Below are positions 51,750 through 64,000 of a DNA stretch of 64,000 nt, in pieces. The DNA comes from Felis catus. Taxonomy: Eukaryota. How positions within the stretch are numbered: the stretch's first letter is position 1; the number at the start of each line of letters is the position of its first letter. The stretch covers positions 21,764,001-21,828,000 of the forward strand of contig NC_058383.1 of the NCBI RefSeq assembly GCF_018350175.1, given 5' to 3'. The position numbers and the translations under genes were made by a program. The notes under the pieces were generated by a model that had not been told where the DNA came from, did no database searches, and saw only the letters and a program-made list of their open reading frames with translations.

Positions 51750-52740
51750 GCAGGCCGGCGGGGAGAGGGGGGAAAGGGACGGGGGAGCTCCTTCCACCCC
51801 AGCGCGACGTAACCAGTAACCAGCGCAGCTCCGCTTTCCGGGGAGGCTGCGGAGGTTCGGCGGACCGAGAGCGAGAGCCGCAGCTCCCCGGAGCCGGCAG
51901 GCGCTTTCCTTCCAACGTGCCCAGCAAGGGTGTCCTGTGCATGCTAATGAGGCAGCCTAGGACAGCTTCACAAATAATTGCTCACAGTGTTCAGTAACTT
52001 ACCAGGCTGGGAGTCAGTGGGCTGCAGAATGATGGGGCACAGCTCCTGGGGGACCCCCAGCAGAGGGGGCCTGGTCTCCAGGTACCCAGTGTTCACAGGT
52101 TAGTGCCTGCAAGATGACGGGTTTTCCATTCAGTCGGGCACCAGCCCAAAGGGAGGGAGAGCCAGACCAAAAGGCAAAAGAGAGGAGGGGAACCTGCTTG
52201 TGTTTTTGTATTTAAATTGTTTTTGAGCCCACGTAGCCCTGGGAGTCACATGCTGCCTCCAACATCACCGGAGTCATCACATGATACAGGTCCCCCATCA
52301 TGTGATAAGACAATTCTGCCTAACTTCGGCCCCCCACCCCCACCCCCACCTCACAGGCTGACTGATAAAGTGCTTCTGGAGGAGACCCCCGCCCCTCCCC
52401 GCAGAAATCTGGTTGAGGGAGGGATGCAGATGGAGAAAGCTTGGAGCCCATGCAACGCTGAGATCTTGACGAATACTTAATACGCCTTTCCCCCTCCTCC
52501 TAAGCTACTGCGACTTGGAGCCGCGCCAGCCTCATTTGAATTCCAGCCTTTGTGAATAACTCAAGTGTCGCCACCGTTGCTCCAGCAATCGCAGGGCCTT
52601 TGCGCTCACACCAGCCTGCCTCGTTCTGGAAAGCCCTGGTCCGCCGCCTCCCCGCCCCGCAGCTTCCATGCCGCCTCACCGGGCAGCGGGAGCGGGGCGG
52701 AGGTGGGGAGACTGCGCCCGCTGAACCTTCTAGGCTTTCT
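51750..52740. promoter_or_regulatory. CpG-rich unique island, candidate promoter or enhancer
   Basis: Two CpG-dense blocks (about 51760-51920 and 52510-52730) lie in otherwise CpG-depleted DNA and do not resemble a repeat. They contain an X-box-like gtaaccagtaac (about 51809-51820), a CTCF-like ccagcagagggggc (52057-52070) and a GC box ggggcggag (about 52694). Confidence 0.55.
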
Positions 52741-53589
52741 TTTTTTTTTTTTTTTTTTTTCCCAGCTGCAGTGAGAGTCAGGTGGGGCCCCGTCTGGCTC
52801 TCTGATTAGGCTGTCTCCTCTTGGTGCTCCTAGCTCTGTTCTGCCTGCAGGATTTCTCTCTACCAATCTGCATGTGTGCGTGCATTTCTAGGTTTGTCTC
52901 CTTCATCAAGATACAGTTGAATCGATTTGGTTTAAAGATCTGTTGGGCTTGTTTCCTCCCACGTCAGTAGCCTCCTTTCCTCATTGATTCCTTCACTCTA
53001 ACAATCTTTTATTAAACAAACGTTTTTGTAGAGCACCTACTATGTTGCAGGTCTTGTGCTCGGCTCTGGTGAGGAGGAGAAGGAGAGGTTTTAAAGATGC
53101 ATAAAGTCGGCTCCCTGTTCTTGGGGTCATGTTGTGGCCGAGGCAACAGAAACACAGACAGAAGTAGCACATGCAGATTTCATGGTCACACAAACTTGTT
53201 TCTACAGAAATGTAAATTCCCTGTTTGTCTAGGCCCAAATCGATTTCTATCCTAACCACCCTGCCCCCCCCTTCTGCCACATGCAGGAAACAATTTATCA
53301 CACCATTTAAATTCCATCAGGGGTAAGCAGTCAAGTATGTGTGTCACAGACACCTCTGCTTTATTGTGTAGGACAAAACTTTTTTATTTGGAGCTGTCTC
53401 TTTCCACTGGCGCCCATCTGGCCTTCAGACATAATCCTCTTTTGCTGGACCTCACCCCCAAATTGCAAAGTGACAGTGAAGGACTCTCCTTCTAAGGAAA
53501 GGGTCCACACGGTTTCTTTACTAGTTAGTTCATCTGAGTGAGTATCAGAGCTTATCAACCCCAGGGTGGAGAGCAACAAGAGAAAAATC

Positions 53590-53806
53590 TTTTTTTTTTT
53601 TTAAGATTTTTTTTCTTTGTTAAAATGTTTATTTTTGAGAAAGAAAACAAGTGGGGGATGGGCAGAGAAAGATGGGGACAGAGGATCCAAAGCCAGCTCT
53701 GTGCTGACAGGAGAGAGCCTGATATGAGGCTCAAACTCACAAATCATGAAATTATGACCTGAGCTGAAGCTGGATGCTTAACTGATTGAGCCACCCAGGG
53801 TCCCCT
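53590..53806 (-). mobile_element. Can-SINE
   Basis: Reverse consensus; TSD aagagaaaaatcttt. Confidence 0.9.
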
Positions 53807-54280
53807 GAAAAGAGAAAAATCTTTCATTTTACTTGCTTTAAATCTGAAGCAGAGAAAAACCACCCAGATGAGTTTACTGGAAAGTGATTAGATTCAGTTT
53901 CCTGTATTGGCAGAATGGGTGGTGAGTGAGGGTGCGGCAGGGAGGCTGGAGGCAGGGGTGAAGTTCAGGTGTAGAACTTCTTGCCTTACACATTTCTACA
54001 ACTCATATTCCCTGTCAACAAAACCCCTTTATAAACATTCCAATAGCAATGTTTCCAATGTAGGCATGTGACAGTTCTTGCCAGAGGGGTGAGAGGGTCA
54101 ACTGCTTGGACCTTCTGGAAAGATTTTTCCTATTTAATAAGAGGGAGGCTCATGAGGAAAAAAGTCCTTTTCTTGCTTGCTACATTTTGCTACTTGGATG
54201 TGGTCATGGGAGACAGCCATGTGACAATGAGTTAAAGAACATCATTAACATGCTAAAGATGGCAAAGAAGAAGACTGAAA

Positions 54281-54526
54281 GGGGTGCCTGTGTGGCTCAG
54301 TTGGTTGAGCATCCAACTCTTGATTTTGGCTCAGGTCATGATCCCACAGCTGTGAGATGGAGCCCCCCACTGGGCTCTGCACTGAGTGTGGAGCCTGCTT
54401 GGGATTCTCTCTCTCTTCCCCCATCTGCCCCTTCCTCATGTGCACATGTGCATTCTCTCTCTCTCTCTCTCTCTCCCTCCCTCCCTCCCTCCCTCCCTCT
54501 CTCTCTAAATAAACATTACAAAAAAG
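54281..54526 (+). mobile_element. Can-SINE
   Basis: ggggtgcctgtgtggctcagttggttgagc head, (CT)n linker, A tail. Confidence 0.9.
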
Positions 54527-55166
54527 GACAGAAAAGCCATAGGTCCTTAATGGAATTGAACTGCCAAAATGACCAGCTATCTTACCACTTGTGGTTGGAA
54601 CACATCCTAACTGAAACCGCATCCAAGGAATTTGGCTGTTGCTTGCTGGTCATCAATGAACTTGTGGAGGTGGAGGTCTGGTGACAGTGGGTTAAGAAGT
54701 AAATTGGAAAATTCTATTCCTGACAATATGGAGGACCCGATAGGCATAGAGAAATTCTGGATAAAATATAACAGGCATTCTTTCAAGTGCAGAGCGGAGC
54801 TGCCTAAAAGGCAAGAGGAAACAGAAAACCAGAGAGCCAAGCACCATAAATTAACACTGTGCCAATCTTGAAGAACTGGTGCTTGGTGGGGATGTGGTAG
54901 CCTTAGAAGATTGGGTTGTAGCCCAGGCAGCTGAAGGTGACAAAGTCTTGCCCCTGAGAGCTGGAAATGAAATTTCTACATCAACTTAGGGCCCTTAAAG
55001 CACTGTATTCTCAATGAAAATGTGGAACAGGACAAAGTTTACCTTTATGTCCAAGAAAACATGGATCTTGTGGGATCTGACCTGAATTCTAAGTCAGAGA
55101 AAAAATGACTCCCCTGATAATTAATAAGCCTGTCTTGTCCTCACGTGCCATTGATGTTTGAATATA

Positions 55167-55485
55167 CAGTCGACGCTTGAACAACACAGGGATTAGTGGC
55201 ATTGACCCCCGATGCAGTAAAAATCCACAAACTTTTGACTCTTCAAAAACTTAACTACTAATATCTTTCTGTTGACCAGAAACCTAAACAGTCAATTAAT
55301 ACATATTTTTATGTTATATATAATACTGTATTCTTATAATATAAAGTAAGCTAGAAAAAAGAAAATGTTATTAAGAAAATCATAACAAAGAGAAACTACA
55401 TTTATAGTACTGTCCTGTAAAAAAAAAAAAGTCCATGTACAAGTGACCTCCACAGTTCAAGGTTGTGTTGTTCAAAGGTCAACTG
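55167..55485. mobile_element. TcMar-Tigger2-like MITE
   Basis: 22-bp TIRs cagtcgacgcttgaacaacaca and tgtgttgttcaaaggtcaactg, flanked by TA on both sides. Confidence 0.85.
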
Positions 55486-55789
55486 TAAACCACTTTTATG
55501 ACACAGAAAAAACAAAAATAAAAAATAACACATAAAGAGAGGAGCCTTGGACAGGCAAACATAAAACTGATCTAAAAGCAAATTCCTTAAGCCCAGGCCT
55601 CAAAGAATACCCACAGATTAAGTTCCCATCACAGATGAGTTCATAATCCAAAATTTAAAAACACCAGTTCTTTTAACACACAGCCAGAACAAAGAGCAGG
55701 ACAGACACTATAAATTTCATATAATAAAACAGTTGAATGAAGTCTATTAAAAAACTTTATGCTTAACTTTTAAAAAAGAGGGAGTGCCC

Positions 55790-58700
55790 TTTGATTCCAA
55801 ATAAGATGGAATAACAGGAATTAGATGTACCCTTCTGCCTGAAATTGAAAAAAAAAAAGACAAAATATATGACAACAGTTTTCAAGACATTGAATGTCAG
55901 ATAACAAAGGACAGTGATCTTCGAGACAAAGGAAACCAAGGAGATAAGCCCTATTATTGCCCCATATTACTCCCTAGAGAGAGTTTCCAAGCTGCAGTGC
56001 AGATGTGGAACTCAAACGGAGTCTGACAGTCTCCCTAAGTCAAAGAGACAGAGCTGGGAGTCCAGGGAGGCCAATACCAATAGGGTTTTCAGGGCAGTTC
56101 ACTGGAGAGGACAGAGCTGCACAGAAAATGAAGTGCAAGGGTATCTCTCAAGTCTTCAGTTGAGTACATAACATCACATGTCTGTGAGAAAACTACCTAA
56201 CACGATGGGAAAAACTACCCCAAAGGATTTGAGAGACTGAGTTTTGGGGGTACACATAGGGCCAGGAATACCTCCTGCTCACTATCCTAGAATGGAAAAC
56301 TTCCTAATTCACAGGGTATCAGGTAGGACAGTTAGAAGTGTTTTGCCTCAGTGGTGGGACTGAATTATGCCTAGACTAAACACAACTCTGGTTTAACCAA
56401 ACAAACTTTCAAAGCAAGCTTTGAAAGGATCAGCAGGTTTCCAAGTAACTGAACTGCACCCCCTATCAAAGTTCAAAAGTATTTAAAGAAATACAGAAAC
56501 AGCTAGCACACGTCAAAGTAAAATTCACAAGTCTACCATCTGATCTCCAAAATTAACAGACATGCAAAGAAACAGAAAAACATAACTCATGGAGAGGAGA
56601 AATAATCAATCAAAACTAACCTAGAAATGGCACACAATAGAATTAGTATATAAGGAAGTGCAAGCAGTTACAATAATTACCTTCCATATGTACTAGAGGA
56701 AAGATGAGACATGTTAGGTAGAAACATGGAAGATGGAACAAAGAACAAAATCAGTCTTCTAGATTTAAAAAAAAAGGAAAAAAAATTATGGCTGAAATTT
56801 GTCCAAATAGATGAAAACTATAAACACAAAGATCCAAAAAGCTAAACAAACACTAACCATGAGAAACATAAGGAAAACTACGCCAAAGAATGTCATAATC
56901 AAACTTCTTAAAACCAACTATAAAGAGGAAATATTAAAAGTGGGTAGGGATCATTTCACATCTGGTGGAATTGCTATAATTAAAAAAAAAAAACATGCTT
57001 TTGTGTTGGCAAAGATAGGGAGAAATTAGAATCCTCTACACTGCTGGTGAGAATGTACAATGGTGCAGCCACTTTGGAAAACAGTTTGGCAATTACCTAA
57101 AAAGTTAAATATTCAATTACTATTTGGTTCAATAGTTTTGATCCTAGTTGCATACCCAAGAAAACACGTGTTTCATAAAAACTAATACATAAGTGTTCAT
57201 AGCAGCATTAATCACAATAGCCAAAACATGGAAATCTAAGTGTCCCTCAAATGATTAATAGAGAAGCAAAATGTAGTATATACTTAAAATGAAATATTAT
57301 GTGGTCATAAAAAGAAATTAAATACTGATACAAGGTGCAACATGAATGAACCTTAAAAACATATTAAGTGAAAGAAGGCAGACGTCAAAAAACCCATGTA
57401 TTATATGATTCCCTTTATATTGAATATCCAGTATATGCACATCTGTAAAGAAAAGTAGATTAGGGCTGGAGAGATGAGGGTATTGGGGATGTGGTAACAG
57501 CTAAAGTGTATGGGTTTCTTTCTGGGGGTGATAAAATCCTCTAAGGTTGTGTAGTGATCACTGCACAACTCTGTGAATATACTAAAAACCACTGAGTTGT
57601 ATACTTTAAATGTGCAATATGTGAATTATACTTCAATAAAGCTGTTACAAAAAATAAGCAAGCAATGAGAGAGTGGAAAATTTTACAGAGAAACAAAAGG
57701 AAGGATGATAGTAAATTTCTGTTGGAAAAAATGCATATGAGACACAGTATAACATCTTTCCTTTAGTAAAAGGAAAAAAAGTCAACCTAGAATTCTACAC
57801 TTAGCAATAAATCTTTCAAAAAGTAAAGCAAAATAAAAATGTTTTTAGTCATACAAAAGCTGAAAAAAATTCATCACCAGCAGACCTTCACTATAGGAAA
57901 TGTTCAAGGAAGTCCTTCAGGCAGAAGAAAATGATGCCAGATGGCAATCTGGATCTACATAAAGGAATCTCAATTCCTTGAGATTATAAAGGAATAAAGA
58001 GGACAAAGAATAGTAAATATAAATACTTTATTTCTTATTTAAAGCTCTGTAAAAATAATAATAACGTATTGTGGGTATACAAAATAACTAGAAGTAAAGT
58101 ATATGACAAAAAAATAGCATGAAAACCAGAAGAAGAGAAATAGAAGTATAAGATCCTTGTACTAACTATATGTGAAGTGGAATATCACTTGAAAGTGGGC
58201 TGTGATTAAGTGTAAGATATATAGTATAAACCTAAAGCAAGCACTAAAATAACATAATTAGAAGTCATAGCTAATATACCAACAGAGAAGATGAAATGGA
58301 ATAACAAAAATATTCATTTCACCTGAAAACAGAAAAAAGGAAAAGGGAAACAAAGATGATTTCAACCCATTCATATCAGCAATCACATTAAATATAAATG
58401 ATCTAAACACCCCATTCCAAAGCAGAGACTGTGAGAGTGAATCAAAAAGCAAGAACCAATTGTATGTTAAAAGAAACCCATTTTAAATATAAAATACAAA
58501 TAGGTTAAAAACACAAAGATGGGAAAAGATGTTACTATGCTAACATTAACCAAAAGAAGGGTAGATTGGTTCTATCAATATCAAACATAGGGAGATGTCT
58601 ACTTCAAGAGATAAAGAGGGTAATTTCATAATGACAACAGGGTTAATTAATCAAGAGCATATAACAAACTTAACATTTATTCACCAAATAAGAGAGCTTC

Positions 58701-59044
58701 AAAATAAATGAAGCACAAGAGATAGTACAGTCAGGAAAAACAGGCAGATCCACAATGATAGGCAGATATTTCAACATCCATCTTTCAATAATTAATAGAA
58801 CAACTATACAGAAAATAAGCATAGAAAACTTGAACATTTTGACAAACTCACTCTAATTGACATTTACCGGACATTCCATATGACAATAGCAGAATACACA
58901 TTGTTTTCAAGTGCGCATAGAATGCTTACCAGGATAAATGACAGCCTCAGTCATAAGACAAATTTCAATAAACTCGAATAAATAAAAATCATATAAGGTC
59001 TTCTCCTACCAAAATGGAATTAAATTAGAAATCAGTAACATATA
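55790..59044 (+). mobile_element. Old LINE-1 (L1MC/L1MD-like): 5' end, ORF1 relic and endonuclease relic, split by a nested L1 3' fragment and by the young L1
   Basis: It starts ttccaaataagatggaataacagg. ORF1-like MKTINTKIQKAKQT...TPKNVIIKLLKT is present. Endonuclease-like DNA ends ggaattaaattagaaatcagtaac at about 59040. Confidence 0.7.
56950..57655 (+). mobile_element. L1 3' fragment (L1MB-like) nested in the older L1 ORF1
   Basis: ORF2 C-terminal DNA ctgctggtgagaatgtacaatggtgcagccactttggaaaacagt, followed by a 3' UTR ending aataaagctgttacaaaaaa. Confidence 0.7.
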
Positions 59045-60699
59045 GTTTTGTGTGTGTGTCTCACATCCATGAAATATATAGCCAGATCAACACTAAACCA
59101 TCCCGCACACCTAGAAAACCGATTTGAGGATGAACACAACAATCTGCACAACCCGAACCACAATCTGCACAACCAGAACTCAGCAGGTAAGCGGCGCAGA
59201 GAGGTGAACTGGGGGAGAGAGAAGCCACAGAGGGCAGGGAGTTGTTTTTGCTTGTGGAGAGAGGATGGGGGGGGGGGGGGGAGGGGGGGAGACAGGAAAA
59301 GCACCCCCAAAAGCAGCTGGACAGAAAATGGAAAAGTGGAAACAGCCACAGTGACTGAACTAAAAAGGGAGAAAGGAGAAAAGAGAGGGTTTCAATTCCA
59401 TTAAGACTCTATAAAGGGGAGTGCAGAGGCTGAAACTCTGCAGCTGATACCTGGTGGTGCCCTGGTGGGAAGGACGAATCCCCGGGAGCAGAGTGGAGTC
59501 TGGGGGTCTTCAGGCCACATGGCAGAGGCGGTTCCCCTGCTGGGAGGGCATCTGGTAGAGTCCGTGTGGCCACCTCGGCAGACCCCAAAGAAAAACCACA
59601 TTAGCTGGTGCTGGAACACGGTCCCTGGGGGTGAAGCCTGGTGCCAGACGCGTGTTGTGATTTGCCATAATCCCTGAAACGCTGCTGCTACACTATCGCG
59701 CAAACGTTTTCTGGGGCGGGCTGGCACCCGGTCGCGGTCTCTGGGCCTCGGCAGCAGCACTGTACCGCAAACATTCCTGGGTGCAGCCGGCACCCGGCCA
59801 TTGCTCAGTGAGACCCTCCACAGAGGGGCAGAACGGCTGGAGGCCACAGTCTCACAGAAATACGGGGTCGGGAAACACACCCGCATCTGAGATAAAACTC
59901 AGAAGGGAGGTGCTGCCTGGGGCTTGGTCACGGAGGGTGTAAAAGCAGGGAATGGATGGAAGCCGAAGACAAAGGACCGGTGCGCGATTGCTGATCATGG
60001 AGAACGGAGATCTGATAAGAGACTGGGTGGCTGGGTGACGCCATTTTTGCCGCTCTGGCGCATGCGCATACGCACCTACAAGCGCCACAACCGTCCACCC
60101 CAGTAAGCTAAGCGGCGCCATCTAGTGGAGAATGGAGCCATTACACTAAGCCCCACCCAACTGGGCCAACCTCGCTCTTCAGGAATAAAACTCTCCGCTT
60201 GGTTAGTTTACGGACTAAAAAGTGCTTCAGTTTGACTTCTAGGGGAAAATGAAGTAATTTTAATCATATTTCAGTCTGTTCGCTCGTCCATCTACTCAAT
60301 TTTCTTTTTTTTCCATTTCTCTTTTTTTCTCTTTTTCATTTTTCTTGAATACAGAAAGAGAAAAATTTATTTTTGTTTTCAATTTTTATTAAAAATATTT
60401 TTATTTTTTTCTACTATATTTTTTACTTTTGTGTAAATTTTTTCAAATTCTATTTTACTTCCATCATTTGATTGTATTCTGTTTCAGTGTATTCATTTTT
60501 TCAAATTTTCAAACGATTTCCTTTTTTTCCCTTTCCTCTTTTTTCTCTAATCTATCAAGCCCCTTTCAACTCCCAGACCAAAACACACCTAGGATCTAGC
60601 ATCATTTATTTGATGTGTGTGTGTGTGTGTTGTTTTTAATTTTAACTAACAAATTTTTTTTTTTGTTTTTACCTCATTAATTCCTTTTCTCCCTTTAAA

Positions 60700-61576
60700 A
60701 TGATGAAATGAAGGAATTTACCCCAAGAGAAAGAGCAGGATGAAATGACATCCAGGGACTTAACCAACACAGATACAAGCCAGGTGTCTGAACCAGAATT
60801 GAGAATCACAATAATAAGAATACTAGCTGGGGTGGAAAATAGATTAGAATCCCTTTCTGTGGAGATAAAAGAAGTAAAAGTTAGTCAGGATGAAATAAAA
60901 AATGCTATACCTGAGCTGCAATCTCAAATGGATGACATGGCAACAAGGATTGATGAGGCAGAGCAGAGAATCAGTGATATAGAGGACAAAATTATGGAGA
61001 ATAATGAAGCAGAAAAAAAGAGGGAGACTAAGGCAAAAGAGCAGGATTTAAAGAATTAGAGAAATCAGTGACTCATTAAAAAGGAACAACATCAGAATCA
61101 TAGGGGTCCTGGAAGAGGAGAGAGAAATAGGGGTAGAGGTTATGTGAGCAAATCATAGCAGAAAATTTTCCTAACCTGGGAAAGACACAGACATCAAAAT
61201 CCAAGAAGCACAGAGGACTCCCATTAGATTCAACAAAAACCAACCATCAAAGAGGCATATTATAGTCAAATTCACAAAATACTCAGGCAAGGAAAGAATC
61301 ATGAAAGCAGCAAGGGAAAAAAAGTCCTTAACCTACAAGGGAAGACAGATCAGGGTTGCACCAGACCTATTCACAGAAACTTGGCAGGCCAGAAAGGAGT
61401 GGCAGGATATATTCAATGTGCTGAATCAGGCAAATATGCAGCCAAGAATTCTTTATCCACCAAGGCTGTCATTCAAAATAGAAGGAGAGATTAAAAGTTT
61501 CCCAGACAAACAAAAATTAAAGGAGTTTGTGACCACTAAACCAGCACTGCAAGAAATTTTAAGGGGGACTCTCTGA
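60700..61576 (+). pseudogene. L1 ORF1p relic
   Basis: ATG ATG AAA TGA gives an early stop. Fragments MTSRDLTNTD...ELRITIIRIL...RISDIEDK and KAAREKKSLTYKGRQIR...KPALQEILRGTL are L1 ORF1-like. Confidence 0.9.
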
Positions 61577-61740
61577 GGGGAGAAAAGATGAAAATAAATA
61601 AATACATAAACACACACACACATACATACAAACATAAATAAACAAGCAAACAAACAAATAAATAAATAAACACCAAAAGCACCAAAGACTAGAAAAGACC
61701 AGAGAACACCACCAGAAACTCCAACTCTACAAGCAACATA

Positions 61741-64000
61741 ATGGCAATAAATTCAGTATCTTTCCAGTACTCATTCTAAATGTCAATGGACTCAATGCTC
61801 CAATCAAAAGACATAGGATAACAGAATAGATAAGAAAACAAGATCCATCTATATGCTGTTTACAAGAGACCCACTTTAGACCTAAAGACACCTTCAGATT
61901 GAAAGTAAGGGGGTGGAGAACCATCTATCATGTTAATGGTCAACAAAAGAAAGCCGGAGTAGCCATACTTATATCAGACAATCTAGACTTTAAAATAAAG
62001 ACTGTATCAAGAGATGAAGAAGGGCATTATATCATAAATAAGGGGTCTATCCACCAAGAAGACCTCACAATTGTAAATGTTCAGGCGCCAAATGTGGAAC
62101 CACCCAAATATATAAATCAATTAATCACAAACATAAAGAAACTCATTAATAATACCAGAATAGTAGGGGACTTCAACACCCCCACTTACAACAATGGACA
62201 GATCATCTAATCAGAAAATCAACAAGGAAACAATGGCCTTGAATGACACACAGGACCAGATGGACTTAACAGATATATTCAGAACATTTCATCCTACAGC
62301 AGCAGAATATACATTCTTCTCCAGTGCACATGGAACATTCTCCAGAATAGATCACATACTGGGTCACAAATTACCCCCTCATGAGTACAAAAAGATCGAG
62401 ATCATACCATGCATATTTTCAGACCACAACACTATGAAACTCAAAATCAACCACAAGAAAAAATCTGGAAAGACAGCAAACACTTGGAAACTAAAGAACA
62501 TCCTACTCAAGAATGAATGGGCTAACCAGGAAGTTAAAGAGGAAATTAAAAAGTACATGGAAGCCAATGAAAATGATAACACCACAACCTAAAACCTCTG
62601 TGATGCAGCAAAGGTGGTCATAAGAGGAAAGTATATAGCAATCCAGGCCTTCCTAAAGAAGGAAGAAAGTTCTCAGATACCCAACCTAACCTTACACCTT
62701 AAACAGCTGGAAAAAGAACAGCAAATAAAACCCAAAACCAGCAGAACACAGGAAATAAGAAAGATTAGAGCAGAAATTACTGCTATTGAGACCAAAAAAA
62801 CAGTAGAACAGATCAATGAAACCAGAAGCTGGTTCTTTAAAAGAATTAACAAAATTGATAAACCACTAGCCAGTTTGATCAAAAAGAAAAAGGACCCAAA
62901 TAAATAAAATCAAGAATGAAAGAGGAGAGATCACAACCAATGCAGCAGAAATAAAAACAATAATAAGAGAATATTATGAGCAATTATACATCAATAAAAT
63001 GGGCAATCTGGAAGAAATGGACAAATTCCTAGAAACATATACACTATCAAAACTGAAACAGGAAGAAATAGAAAATTTGAACAGATCCATAACCAGTAAA
63101 GAAGTCAAACTGGTAATCAAAAATCTCCCAAAAAACAAGAGTCCAGGGCCAGATGGCTTTCCAGGGGAATTCTACCAAACATTTAAGGAAGAGTTAACAC
63201 CTATTCTCTTGAAGCTGTTCCAAAAAATAGAAATGGAAGGAAAACTTCCAAACTCTCTCTATGAAGCCAGCATTACCTTGATTCCAAAACCAGACATTGA
63301 CCCCACTAAAAAGGAGAACTACAGACCAATTTCCTGATGAACATGGATGCAAAACTCGTCAGCAAGATATTAGCAAATTGTATCCAACAATACATTAAAA
63401 AAAATTATTCATCACAACCAAGTGGGATTTATACCTATGATGCAGGGCTGGTTCAATACCTGCAAAACAATTAACGTGATTCATCACATCAATAAAAGAA
63501 AGGACAAGAACCACATGATCCTCTCAGAAGATGCAGAGAAAGCATTTGACAAAACACAACATCCTTTCTTGATAAAAACCCTCAAGAAAGTAGGGATAGA
63601 AGGATCATACCTCAAGATCATAAAAGCCATATACAAAAGACCCAATGCTAATATCATCCTCAATGGGGAAAAACTGAGAACTTTCCCCCTAAGGTCAGGA
63701 GAAAGACAGGGATGTCCACTCTCACCACTGTTATTCAACATAGTATTGGAAGTCTTAGCTTCTGCAATCAGACAACACAAAGAAATAAAAGGCATCCACA
63801 TTGGCCAGGAGGAGGTCAAACTTTCACTCTTCGCAGATGACATGATACTCCATATGGAAAACCCAAAAGATTCCACCAAAAAGCTGCTAGAACTGATTCA
63901 TGAATTCAGCAAAGTTGCAGGATATAAAATCAATGCACAGAAATTGGTTGCATTCCTATACACCAACAATGAAGAAAGAGAAATCAAGGAATCGATCCCA
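61741..64000 (+). pseudogene. L1 ORF2p relic (endonuclease plus reverse transcriptase, truncated by window end)
   Basis: Fragments [58 protein letters not shown] and FADDM lie in different frames. Confidence 0.92.

Larger units (their letters stand above)
59045..64000 (+). mobile_element. Younger felid-type LINE-1 (L1_Fc-like), 5' UTR through the RT domain, continuing past the window end; inactive
   Basis: CpG-rich 5' UTR (59045-60200), T-rich spacer, ORF1 from ATG 60700 to 61576 and ORF2 from ATG 61741 with endonuclease (GDFNTP, SDHN) and RT (FADDM 63830-63844) motifs. Both ORFs are broken by stops and frameshifts. Confidence 0.95.

Noticed and set aside
890..54526. tRNA-like A/B-box sequences considered as tRNA genes
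   Set aside because: All are SINE heads followed by SINE bodies and tails; I saw no standalone cloverleaf.
54106..54684. Longest ORF in the track (192 aa)
   Set aside because: It reads through a Can-SINE and its (CT)n linker, has a non-ATG start and shows no protein-like similarity.
59045..64000. Potentially active L1
   Set aside because: ORF1 has a stop at codon 4 plus frameshifts, and ORF2 is split over several frames.

Overview
Mammalian, almost certainly carnivore and probably felid, non-coding DNA, judged from about 60 tRNA-derived Can-SINE/SINEC_Fc-type elements with (CT)n linkers and from carnivore-type L1. I found no intact protein-coding gene. The window is dominated by interspersed repeats. 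(1) A near full-length, decayed hAT/Charlie DNA transposon (Charlie5/MER3/MER33-like, 8.8-16.0 kb) is split by nested L1 and SINE insertions. (2) A near full-length older L1 (36.1-45.9 kb) carries a complete, intronless, disabled PRKAG1 (AMPK gamma-1) processed pseudogene inserted in its ORF2. (3) A younger L1 with its CpG-rich 5' UTR (59.0 kb to the window end) is inserted in an older L1. (4) There are Tigger/MER44, Tigger2, MER45A, MER5, MLT1, L2 and MIR relics and several microsatellites. A small CpG-rich, SINE-free island at about 51.7-52.8 kb has an RFX X-box match, a CTCF-like site and GC boxes, and is the best candidate for a functional regulatory element. I see no convincing new biological system. 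Repeat subfamily names are recognised from memory of consensus sequences, not from database searches, and boundaries are approximate.
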